Shown: positions 1-8,064 of the stretch, piece by piece
Position numbering within the stretch: the first letter of the stretch is position 1
Layout: every line of letters starts with the position of its first letter
Source of the DNA: an uncultured bacterium
GTDB taxonomy: Bacteria; Desulfobacterota; B13-G15
Length of the DNA stretch: 45,139 nt
NCBI GenBank assembly: GCA_965552155.1
Contig: CBEVRB010000001.1
Location: forward strand, 1 to 45,139
Reading direction: 5' to 3'
The notes under the pieces: generated by a model
The model's input: the letters and a program-made list of their open reading frames with translations, nothing else
What the model was told of the DNA's origin: nothing
The model's database searches: none
Made by a program: the position numbers and the translations under genes

Positions 1-111
1 CTAAAAGACGGGATATCCTCCCCGAAAAGTGTTCAGTATCTCCATACCTATCTACGAGGCCTCTGGGCCGCCTCCTTGCTCGAGAGCGAGGTGATATGAT
101 ATACAGAATTT

Positions 112-804
112 ATGTATCTTTCGGAGGAAGAGGCCACAGAGTCGATCATCCGATTTTTTTCCGTCACCAAGATATATCCGGGAGGGATCGAGGCCATAAA
201 GGGGGCGAGTTTCTCCATAAAGAAGGGAGAGTTCGTCTTCGTCACCGGCCCAAGTGGCGCCGGGAAGACCACCCTCTTAAAGCTGATGATCCTCGCGGAG
301 AAGCCCGAAAGGGGGGAGATCCTCGTGGACGGCACCAACATCACCAGGCTCCGAAGGTCGCAGATCTATCGCCTCCGCCGGAAGGTGGGCTTTGTCTTTC
401 AGGACTTCAAGCTGCTTAAAGACCGGACGGTCTTTGAGAACATCTGCCTCCCCCTGGAGGTGATAGGGTACCCCTTGACGAAGATGGAGAAAAGGGTGAG
501 GAGGCTCCTTAAGCTCGTCTCCCTGGACGAGAAGGTCCTGGACTTGCCGCCCCTTTACCTCTCCGGAGGGGAGCAACAGAGGGTAGCCATAGCTCGGGCC
601 CTCATAAACAACCCCTCCATCCTGCTTGCCGACGAGCCCACGGGTAACCTCGACCCCGCTCTCACCATCGAGATCATGGACCTCCTGGTGAAGGTCAATC
701 AGGTGGGCACCACGGTGGTGGTGGCCACCCATGACGATTCCTTAGTGGATCGTTATGGCAGGAGGGCCATCGTATTGAGGAGAGGTGAGATAGTGGCCCA
801 ATGA
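112..804 (+). CDS. ftsE: Cell division ABC ATPase FtsE
   Basis: Walker [13 protein letters not shown] signature LSGGEQQR and Walker [13 protein letters not shown]. An ATGA overlap joins it to the downstream FtsX-like permease. The exact start is uncertain; the first ATG is used. Confidence 0.9.
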   Translation: MYLSEEEATESIIRFFSVTKIYPGGIEAIKGASFSIKKGEFVFVTGPSGAGKTTLLKLMILAEKPERGEILVDGTNITRLRRSQIYRLRRKVGFVFQDFKLLKDRTVFENICLPLEVIGYPLTKMEKRVRRLLKLVSLDEKVLDLPPLYLSGGEQQRVAIARALINNPSILLADEPTGNLDPALTIEIMDLLVKVNQVGTTVVVATHDDSLVDRYGRRAIVLRRGEIVAQ

Positions 805-1691
805 GCCCGAGGCTTACCTCTCACCTGAGGCGAGCTCTGAGAAACGTCAAAGGGGAGGCGGTGGGGGTCGCTCTGAGTACCGGTACCATCGCCCTCATAT
901 TTTTTATCTTCTCCACTTTCCTCCTGGGGGTGGAGAACCTCGAAGGAATGTTAAAATTTTGGAGCAAAAAGATACAGATAATATGTTATCTTGAATCGGG
1001 GTTAAGCGAGGGGGAGATCAAGCGCATTGAGAAAAGGCTCCTCGGGATCGGTGGGATCAAGGAGATCCGATACGTATCCTCTGCAGAGTCAAAGAAGATG
1101 CTGGTGCGCGACCTCGGGGATCTGATGAGGGGTATGGAGCGGCTGGAGGATAAGCTCTTCCCCGCCACCCTGGAGCTGGGCCTAGAGGGTGACGCCTCCT
1201 ACGAAGAGATAGAGGCGATAGCGAGAAAGATCGAGCGGATAAAGGGGATAACGGAGGTACAGCATGGGGGAGTTTGGCTGAAGAAGCTCACTCTGTTTTT
1301 AAAGGTCATGAAGGCAGCGGCCCTGGTGTTCGGGGCCGTGCTGGCAGGGATAACCATCTCCATCACGGCCACAACGGTCCACCTCACCTTCTACCATCGG
1401 CTCGAAGAGGTGGAGATCATGCGCCTGATAGGGGCGACAGAAGACTTTATCCGTTTCCCCTTTTATCTTGAAGGTGGGTTGCAGGGCCTATCAGGAGCCG
1501 GCCTTTCCCTCATCGTCCTCTTCCTGACCCATTGGGTCTTCTCCCAGAATTGGGCCCCCCAGATCAGGTTCTATTTTGGCGGGGTGAGGTTTGAGTTCCT
1601 CTCCCCTCTGGCTGTCTTGATCGTGTTGACCTTGGGGTTCTTTTCTGGTTTCATGGGTGGGGTGATATCGTTGGCCAGATCACGGGTCTGA
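801..1691 (+). CDS. ftsX: Cell division permease-like protein FtsX
   Basis: FtsX topology: an N-terminal TM helix, a periplasmic domain, then three C-terminal TM helices. It lies immediately downstream of ftsE and is translationally coupled to it. Confidence 0.85.
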   Translation: MSPRLTSHLRRALRNVKGEAVGVALSTGTIALIFFIFSTFLLGVENLEGMLKFWSKKIQIICYLESGLSEGEIKRIEKRLLGIGGIKEIRYVSSAESKKMLVRDLGDLMRGMERLEDKLFPATLELGLEGDASYEEIEAIARKIERIKGITEVQHGGVWLKKLTLFLKVMKAAALVFGAVLAGITISITATTVHLTFYHRLEEVEIMRLIGATEDFIRFPFYLEGGLQGLSGAGLSLIVLFLTHWVFSQNWAPQIRFYFGGVRFEFLSPLAVLIVLTLGFFSGFMGGVISLARSRV

Positions 1692-1692
1692 A

Positions 1693-2823
1693 ATGAAACG
1701 AAAGGCGATCTTCCTCCTCTTGCCCTTTCTTTTTTTGATCCCTTGCTGGGGAAAGGAGGCGAGGGTCATCCTTCAAAAGGAGAAGGCCCTAAAGGAGATA
1801 CGCAGGAAGCTTCGGGAGAAGAAGAGGGCCGAAAGGGAAAAAAGGAAGGAAGAGAAGAGCGTGCTCGCCTCCCTGGATAAGGTGGAAAGGGAGATAAATC
1901 GCTGCAAGAAAGAGCTCCGCTCCCTCGAGGAGGAGCGGCAAAGGATAAACGGCGAGATTCACCGAGCCCAAAGGGAGGTGGCCCGCATCGAGAGGGAGAA
2001 GGAGAGGCTCCGGAAAATCATAAGGAAGAGGCTGGAGGGGATCTACGGGTTGTATCGGTACGGGGCCGCTCGCTTCATCCTCTCCAGCAGCACTTACGGT
2101 GACATGGTCCGCCGGTGGAGGGTCCTCAACCTCCTCCTGCAGGAAGATGTGGAACTTTTGCGCCGATACGGAGAGTTGGCAGAACAGAAGGACAGGGAAT
2201 GGCAGAGGCTTCGCGACAAACAGCGGCTTCTCCTGGACAAGGAACAGGAGATTGAGGATAAGAGGAAAGCCTTAGAGAAGGAAAGGCGGAAGAGGAAGGA
2301 GATCCTCCTGGCCATCAAGGCGGAGAGGAAGAGGTATCGGGAGGCGATCGTAGAACTGCGGAAGAGGGAAAGAGCGTTAAAAGGGCTGATAGAGGAATTG
2401 CGCAAAAAGAGGGGCAGGGTCAAGGGGAAGGGCTTTGGGGCGATGAAGGGGAGGCTTCCCCTTCCGGTGAAGGGGAAGATCTTCCACCTGCACGGGCGGA
2501 GAAAGGGGATAGGGTTTAGAGCCAAGGAGGGGACCGAGATAAGGGCAGTCTACGACGGAACCGTAGTTTATGCCTCATGGTTCATGGGCTACGGCAACCT
2601 GATGATCATCGACCATGGAGACGGGTATCATACCCTCTTCGCCCATGCGTCTCGTCTCCTCAAGAAGGTGGGCGAGAGGGTCAAGGCCGGCGAGGTCATA
2701 GCCCTGGTGGGCAATACCGGTTCCTTCGAGGGACCTATGCTTTACTTTGAGATAAGGCACAAGGGAAGGTGTGAGAACCCCTTGGTGTGGCTTGCCCTTC
2801 CCAAGGAAAGGAGGAGGAGATGA
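1693..2823 (+). CDS. envC: EnvC-like murein hydrolase activator (coiled coil plus degenerate LytM/M23 domain)
   Basis: Signal peptide, a long K/E/R-rich coiled coil and a C-terminal M23-like domain (IIDHGDGYHTLFAH). The HxxxD and HxH zinc ligands appear replaced (GIGFRA; GPMLYFEI), as in non-catalytic EnvC. It follows ftsEX. Confidence 0.8.
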   Translation: MKRKAIFLLLPFLFLIPCWGKEARVILQKEKALKEIRRKLREKKRAEREKRKEEKSVLASLDKVEREINRCKKELRSLEEERQRINGEIHRAQREVARIEREKERLRKIIRKRLEGIYGLYRYGAARFILSSSTYGDMVRRWRVLNLLLQEDVELLRRYGELAEQKDREWQRLRDKQRLLLDKEQEIEDKRKALEKERRKRKEILLAIKAERKRYREAIVELRKRERALKGLIEELRKKRGRVKGKGFGAMKGRLPLPVKGKIFHLHGRRKGIGFRAKEGTEIRAVYDGTVVYASWFMGYGNLMIIDHGDGYHTLFAHASRLLKKVGERVKAGEVIALVGNTGSFEGPMLYFEIRHKGRCENPLVWLALPKERRRR

Positions 2824-4058
2824 AGCTGAGCAAGAGGACAGGAGGTTTGGTTCTTCTCTGGTTCGTCCTCGGCCTCCTGCTGGGAGGCCTTTGCGTCCAC
2901 AGGGGGCTTGCCCGTTCTGACGAGGTCTATGAGAGGCTGAAGATATTTACCGAAGTCATCGCCCTCATCAAGAAAAATTATGTGGAGGAGGTCAAGACCA
3001 AGGACCTGATAGAAGGGGCGATCGAGGGGATGCTCAACAGCCTCGATCCCCACTCGGCTTATCTCACCCCGGACATGTTCAAGGAGCTGCAGGTGGAGAC
3101 TAAGGGTAGTTTTGGCGGGTTGGGAATCGAGATAGGGATCCGGGATGGGGTCCTCACCGTTATCTCCCCCATCGAGGACACACCGGCCTGGAGGGCAGGG
3201 ATAAAGGCGGGGGACAGGATAATAAAGATAAACGGAGAACCGACAAAGGGACTGAGCCTCATGGAGTGCGTTAAGAGGCTGAGGGGGCCGAAGGGGACGA
3301 AGGTCACCGTAACCATCATGAGGAAGGAATTTACCGAACCAAAGGATTTCACCATCGTGAGGGACATCATAAAGATAAAGAGCGTGAAGTATAAGACGCT
3401 GGAGAAGGGATACATATATGTGAAGATCCTCCAGTTCCAGGAGAACACCTCCAAGGAATTCGCCGCAGCCATAGATAAGCTGAAGGAGGAGAACTCCGAA
3501 GGGATAAAAGGGATGGTCCTCGATCTGCGCAACAACCCCGGGGGGCTCCTGGATCAGGCGGTGGAGATAGCCGACTTCTTCCTCGACCACGGGGTGATCG
3601 TCTCGGTCAAGGGGCGCAAGGCCGAGAAGATGGAGTTCCGGGCAAAGGAAGAAGGGACCCTCCCCCTCTGGCCTCTGGTGGTACTGGTGAATCATGGAAG
3701 CGCCAGCGCCTCTGAGATAGTGGCCGGTGCCATCCAGGATTACGGCAGGGGGATAATCTTGGGGAGAAAGACCTTTGGGAAGGGGTCGGTCCAGACCATC
3801 ATCCCCCTGGAGGACGGTTCTGGGCTGCGTCTGACCACAGCCCGTTACTACACCCCGAAGGGACGCTCCATCCAGGACCACGGGGTGGAACCGGACATCG
3901 TCCTGAAGGAGAAAAGGGGGCCGAGGAGGGAGGAAAAAGAGGAGAAAGAGGACATAGCCCTGCAGAAGGCCTTGGAGCTCTTGAAGGGGATGCACATCTT
4001 CAAGGGTTATCTCACCTCCGAGAGGTCTTTCGGTGCCCCCCCGAAAGAGGAGCAGTAA
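2820..4058 (+). CDS. ctpA: Carboxy-terminal processing protease (S41 family) with PDZ domain
   Basis: GGLGIEIG PDZ region, catalytic-Ser context NHGSASASEI and Lys context TFGKGSVQT. I place the start at ATG 2820, which follows AGGAGGAGGAG and overlaps the envC stop. The track start at 2787 is a GTG extension. Confidence 0.88.
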   Translation: MKLSKRTGGLVLLWFVLGLLLGGLCVHRGLARSDEVYERLKIFTEVIALIKKNYVEEVKTKDLIEGAIEGMLNSLDPHSAYLTPDMFKELQVETKGSFGGLGIEIGIRDGVLTVISPIEDTPAWRAGIKAGDRIIKINGEPTKGLSLMECVKRLRGPKGTKVTVTIMRKEFTEPKDFTIVRDIIKIKSVKYKTLEKGYIYVKILQFQENTSKEFAAAIDKLKEENSEGIKGMVLDLRNNPGGLLDQAVEIADFFLDHGVIVSVKGRKAEKMEFRAKEEGTLPLWPLVVLVNHGSASASEIVAGAIQDYGRGIILGRKTFGKGSVQTIIPLEDGSGLRLTTARYYTPKGRSIQDHGVEPDIVLKEKRGPRREEKEEKEDIALQKALELLKGMHIFKGYLTSERSFGAPPKEEQ

Positions 4059-5118
4059 GAGGCGGACGAGCACCAAGAAGACGGCAAGGTCCCTGTCCCG
4101 CTGGAGGACGGCAGCCCTACTCTTTGCTCTCTCCTCCGGTGTCCTGCTTTACCTCCTCCTCTTTCCTCCCAAGCTCCCCAAGAGAAGGCCCTTGAAACCA
4201 CTTATAGAGGCCTCCCTCTTTCGAGCCGGTCTTGGGAGGGAGTACGCCGTCATCACAGAGAACCGTGCGGAGATAAGGCTCCCTTCGAAGGTGAGCAAGG
4301 AGAGGGTGCTTAGGGAGATCGCCAGGGGCATAAGGGAATATTATCCCGAGGCCCTCTTGGTAAGGAGGGAAAAGAAGGCAGAGATACAGGAGAGGGGGGA
4401 GGTAATATATTCCCTCATCTTCCATCCCCCACCACTGAAGAAAAAGGAGGCGAAGCCCCGGTGTCGGGTGGCCATCGTGGTAGATGACCTGGGAGGGGAT
4501 TGGGGAGTGGCCAGAGAGGTAATGGGGATAAGCAGATCCCTGACCCTCGCCATCCTCCCTTATGAGCGTTATTCGCGGAAGATAGCCGAAGAGGCCCACA
4601 GGAGGGGCTTTGAAATCCTGCTCCACCTCCCGATGGAACCCAAGGGGTATCCGCTCAAGGACCCAGGCAAAGGGGCTCTCTTCGTTTCCATGGACGAGGA
4701 CGAGCTGAGGAGGCGGATCGCTGAGGCCCTGGAGGCCCTCCCCCACATCAAGGGGGTGAACAACCATATGGGATCTCGCTTTATGGAACACGAGAAGAAG
4801 GTCTTCGTGGTGATGGACGAACTGAGAAGCCGGGGGCTCTTCTTCCTCGACAGCCTCACCACCCCCAAGAGCCGCGGATATGTGGTGGCGAAGAAGATGG
4901 GTCTTAAGGCCGCCCAAAGGGATGTCTTCCTCGATAATTCGCAAAGCGAAGAGGAGTTCAGGAAACAGTGGGCCTCCTTCATGAGGAGGGTCCATCGATA
5001 TGGGAAGGCCATCGCCATCTGTCATCCCTACCCGAGCACCCTGAGGGGGTTAAAGGAGGCGGTACAGGGGATGGGAGGAGAGGTGGAAGTGGTTCCCCTC
5101 TCGAAGGTCCTCGATTAG
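4033..5118 (+). CDS. Divergent polysaccharide deacetylase family protein (YibQ-like)
   Basis: Basic N-terminus plus a TM anchor. The core VAIVVDDLGG...LAILPY...LLHLPMEP...NHMGS matches the YibQ family. The envC-(ctpA)-yibQ neighbourhood is a known conserved arrangement. Confidence 0.8.
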   Translation: MPPRKRSSKRRTSTKKTARSLSRWRTAALLFALSSGVLLYLLLFPPKLPKRRPLKPLIEASLFRAGLGREYAVITENRAEIRLPSKVSKERVLREIARGIREYYPEALLVRREKKAEIQERGEVIYSLIFHPPPLKKKEAKPRCRVAIVVDDLGGDWGVAREVMGISRSLTLAILPYERYSRKIAEEAHRRGFEILLHLPMEPKGYPLKDPGKGALFVSMDEDELRRRIAEALEALPHIKGVNNHMGSRFMEHEKKVFVVMDELRSRGLFFLDSLTTPKSRGYVVAKKMGLKAAQRDVFLDNSQSEEEFRKQWASFMRRVHRYGKAIAICHPYPSTLRGLKEAVQGMGGEVEVVPLSKVLD

Positions 5119-5127
5119 GGGGAAGGT

Positions 5128-6414
5128 TTGGCAAGGTATTCGATATTGACGAAGGAGGGACACAAAGAAGAGGGGAAGTTGCCCAAGGGGTGGCACCTCC
5201 TCTCTCCCTCTCCAGCCAGGCCTCCCCGTCCCCGGCCCCTGGGTGTGATGCTGGAGGAGGCCCTGCGGCGGCCCATAGGGACTCCCCCTTTAGAGGAGAT
5301 GCTTCCCCCTGCGGGGAGGATAGCCCTTCTGGTGGACGACCTTACCCGTCCGACCCCGAAGAGGGAAATCCTCCCCCTTCTGCTGGAGAGGCTTCAGCGA
5401 AGGGGTGTCGGTCCTGAAAGGGTGGAGATAGTCGTGGCCCTGGGGACCCATCGTCAACCCTCCTCCGAAGAACTGAAGGAGGCCTTGGGAGATGGGATCG
5501 TGAAGCGTTATCCGATCGTAAACCATGACCCCTTCTCCCAGGACCTCTGTCCTGTGGGGCGCCTCTCGATGGGGAGTACCGTGAAGATCAACAGGGCGGT
5601 CCATGAGGCCGCTCTGCGCATATCCCTCGGCTCCATCCTCCCCCATCCCATGGCGGGCTTTGGAGGAGGGGGAAAGGGGCTCTTTCCCGGGGTGGCGGAT
5701 TTCGATTCGATAAAGGACCATCACCTCCTCTACACCTTTCAGCCGGGGACATCCCTTGGTAACCTGCAGGGGAATCCTTTCTACGAGGAGATCGTCAGGA
5801 TAGCCAGGAAAGGACGCCTTGATTTTATCATCAATGTCCTGTATGACCTTCGGCAAAATCCCGTGGGGATAGTGGCAGGGGGGCTCGAAGCCCATTGGCA
5901 CGGAGCAGCGGTTGTAAGGAGGGCCTGTGCGTACGGCTTCTCAGAGAAGGCGGACGTCACCCTCATATCCTCTCATCCCCATTCGGAGGGACCGCAGGCC
6001 CTCAAGGCCCTCGCTGCTGGGACCCTCCTGACCCGGGAAGGCGGATGGATCGTCCTGGTGGGGGGATCAGACACCTCCTTCCCCGAGGAAATGGTGGAGG
6101 CGGCAGCCTCCCTGCTCAAGAGGCACCCGAGGGATGAGCTGGGGGAGGTGGTCAGAGAGAGGTTCATGAAGGGGGAGACGCTTTTCGGAGGGAGCATCGA
6201 ACTGAACATGGCCCTTGCGGTTGCCCTCTTCTATTTTTCCATGTATAAGATATGTCTCGTCACCGGGGCGAGGGAGGAGTCGGCGGAGGCGATGGGAATC
6301 TTACAAGCTCCAACGGTGGAGGAGGTCTTAGAGGGGTTGTCTCGTTCGCTGCCCGAGGCGAGGGTACATGTGGTGCCTGCAGGGGGACTCGTCGTCCCCT
6401 GCAGGGAGGGATGA
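5128..6414 (+). CDS. LarA-like nickel-pincer-dependent 2-hydroxyacid racemase/epimerase family protein (DUF2088)
   Basis: DDLTRPTP, ALGTHR and ILPHPMAGFGGGGKG...DHH align with the LarA motifs that hold the catalytic His residues and the cofactor-binding Lys. The TTG start follows GGGGGAAGG. Confidence 0.8.
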   Translation: MARYSILTKEGHKEEGKLPKGWHLLSPSPARPPRPRPLGVMLEEALRRPIGTPPLEEMLPPAGRIALLVDDLTRPTPKREILPLLLERLQRRGVGPERVEIVVALGTHRQPSSEELKEALGDGIVKRYPIVNHDPFSQDLCPVGRLSMGSTVKINRAVHEAALRISLGSILPHPMAGFGGGGKGLFPGVADFDSIKDHHLLYTFQPGTSLGNLQGNPFYEEIVRIARKGRLDFIINVLYDLRQNPVGIVAGGLEAHWHGAAVVRRACAYGFSEKADVTLISSHPHSEGPQALKALAAGTLLTREGGWIVLVGGSDTSFPEEMVEAAASLLKRHPRDELGEVVRERFMKGETLFGGSIELNMALAVALFYFSMYKICLVTGAREESAEAMGILQAPTVEEVLEGLSRSLPEARVHVVPAGGLVVPCREG

Positions 6415-6415
6415 G

Positions 6416-6730
6416 GTGAAGGAGAGGCCTAACTTCGAAGAGATAGACGCGGCCCGCAAGCTCCTCGGCCTCGGGGAGGAGGCCACCTTGGAGGAGATCA
6501 AGGGGAGCTATCGGCGGCTCTCGCGCAAATATCATCCTGACCTCTGCCAGGAGGAGAAAAAGGTTTGTGAGGAGATGATGCGAAAGATCAACCGGGCCTA
6601 TGAGACGCTGATGTCCTATGTCCGAAACTACCGCTTCTCCTTTCGCGAGGAGGACGTTCGAAGGAGCGATCCAGAGGAGCCCCTTCGGAGGTTCTACCGC
6701 GATTGGATGTGGGGAAAGGAGGCGAAGTGA
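6416..6730 (+). CDS. Small J-domain-only protein (DnaJ-like)
   Basis: J-domain helices II and III with an HPD motif (YRRLSRKYHPD...MRKINRAYETL). There is no Zn-finger or C-terminal client domain. I prefer GTG 6416, directly after the larA-like stop and behind GGGAGGGA. The track start at ATG 6368 would overlap the larA-like gene by 47 nt. Confidence 0.7.
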   Translation: MKERPNFEEIDAARKLLGLGEEATLEEIKGSYRRLSRKYHPDLCQEEKKVCEEMMRKINRAYETLMSYVRNYRFSFREEDVRRSDPEEPLRRFYRDWMWGKEAK

Positions 6731-6731
6731 G

Positions 6732-7100
6732 ATGCCGGGATGGGGCAGGAGGGGCTCCGAAGGGAAATGGGGAAGGGCGACCTCCTTCTCCCCGGAGTTG
6801 AGTCGGGAGGAGAAGATAGCCCTTCTCAAGGAGAGGATAGAGGCGATAAAGGAGGAGCTGCAATGGCTCGACAGGAGGATCTCCTGGCTCACCGAGCTGG
6901 GGAAGACACAGCCGGCCTCCTTTCGGGTCGCCGTCCAGCAGGAGAGGTGTCGGGGATGTGGCATCTGTGAGGAGGTCTGCCCCCAGGGGGCGATCCGCGT
7001 GAGGGAGGTCGCGGTGATTGACCAGAGCAGGTGTGTAGGGTGCGGCATCTGTGTGGAGGAATGCCCCCACGGCGCCCTTTACCTTAAGGCTTACCGGTAA
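6732..7100 (+). CDS. 2x[4Fe-4S] ferredoxin with an N-terminal Gly/Arg-rich and coiled-coil extension
   Basis: CRGCGICEEVCP and CVGCGICVEECP motifs. The N-terminal part, MPGWGRRG...EEKIALLKERIEAIKEELQWLDRRISWL, is reminiscent of DUF5320. ATG 6732 sits 1 nt after the J-domain stop. The track start at 6618 overlaps the J-domain gene. Confidence 0.75.
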   Translation: MPGWGRRGSEGKWGRATSFSPELSREEKIALLKERIEAIKEELQWLDRRISWLTELGKTQPASFRVAVQQERCRGCGICEEVCPQGAIRVREVAVIDQSRCVGCGICVEECPHGALYLKAYR

Positions 7101-7101
7101 A

Positions 7102-8064
7102 ATGGGGAGGGAGCACGTACCCAAGGGACTCCTGCTGTTGAAGGACATCATCCTTGAGCGGGGAGGACTCTTTACCCCGAGGATCCGTTCCTCCTGGGCC
7201 GAAGGGCTGGATCTGCCCAGGGAGGGGGAGAGGCTCCTCTTTGCAGGTTGCGGGTACCAGCTCCTCGGGGAGACCTCGCTCCTTCTCTCCGCGGCCTCCC
7301 GGGGGGAGGAGGTGGGGATGGAGTGGGAAAGGGCGTTAGATCTGTTTTCCCCATTGGTGGGGGTGGGGATGAGGGCCGCGGAGTTGCTTCTGGCCTTCCG
7401 AGGGGATAACACCTCTCCCCTGCGGGCAGCTGTTCGGGTCCTGGAAGGGATGGGATATGAGGTCGCCTATCTGGGGGAGGAGGAACCCTGCTGTGGGGGT
7501 CCCCTCTACTTTGCGGGTTTCAGGAGGGAATTCGAGGGGGTGAAGGAGAGGTTGAGAGAGGCCCTCCTTCGGAGTGGCTCCAGGGAGGTGATCGGGGCGG
7601 TACCCTCCTGCACCTACGCGATAAAGGAGCTCGCTCAGGTGCCTTTGGAGGTGAAACACCTCGTGGAGGTCTACGCCGAAGGGATGGGAGGGGGGAGGTG
7701 GCGTCTGCCTGAACCGAAGAAGGTGGTCTATCATGATCCCTGTATCCTCGCCCGCTACCTGGGGGTGGTGGAGGAGCCGAGGAGGGTGCTCGAGGCGATA
7801 GAGGGGGTGGAGCTTGTGGAGGCCCCCTTGAGTCGTGAATGGGCCACCTGTTGTGGAGGCGGAGGGGGGTTCGAGTTCGTCTTCCCTCAGGTGAGCCTCC
7901 TTCTGGCCAAAAAGAGGGCGGAGGAGCTCCTGGGGACAGGGGCGGAGGTGATCGTGACCGCCTGCCCCGGCTGCCTGATCCAGTTGAGGAAGGGGGTCAA
8001 GGCCCTGGGCAGCAGTGCAGAGGTCCTCGATATGAGCGAGATCCTGCTCGAGGCGCAGGCATAA
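7102..8064 (+). CDS. (Fe-S)-binding CCG-domain protein, LutA/HdrD/GlcF-like
   Basis: Two cysteine-rich CCG domains (EEPCCGGP...; YHDPC...ATCCGGGGGF...TACPGC). ATG 7102 lies 1 nt after the ferredoxin stop. Confidence 0.8.
   Translation: MGREHVPKGLLLLKDIILERGGLFTPRIRSSWAEGLDLPREGERLLFAGCGYQLLGETSLLLSAASRGEEVGMEWERALDLFSPLVGVGMRAAELLLAFRGDNTSPLRAAVRVLEGMGYEVAYLGEEEPCCGGPLYFAGFRREFEGVKERLREALLRSGSREVIGAVPSCTYAIKELAQVPLEVKHLVEVYAEGMGGGRWRLPEPKKVVYHDPCILARYLGVVEEPRRVLEAIEGVELVEAPLSREWATCCGGGGGFEFVFPQVSLLLAKKRAEELLGTGAEVIVTACPGCLIQLRKGVKALGSSAEVLDMSEILLEAQA

Noticed and set aside
1-99. Frame 1 is open from the window edge to TGA at 97..99. This could be the C-terminal tail of an upstream + strand gene.
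   Set aside because: Only 32 codons are visible and none is recognisable, so I cannot tell coding sequence from an ftsE upstream region. The weak hairpins here (GGCCtctgGGCC; CTCGagagCGAG) are too short to call a terminator.
2742-4076. Long antisense ORFs opposite clearly assigned genes. Examples: 444 aa opposite ctpA; 6260..7048 and 6588..7412 opposite the J-domain, ferredoxin and lutA-like genes; 24889..25878 opposite korB; 30945..31817 overlapping livH; 32064..32969 opposite livK.
   Set aside because: Their translations are low-complexity and rich in Pro, Gly, Arg, His and Leu, with no recognisable motifs. They mirror strongly supported genes on the other strand or in another frame. Such shadow ORFs are expected in GC-rich DNA with few stop codons.
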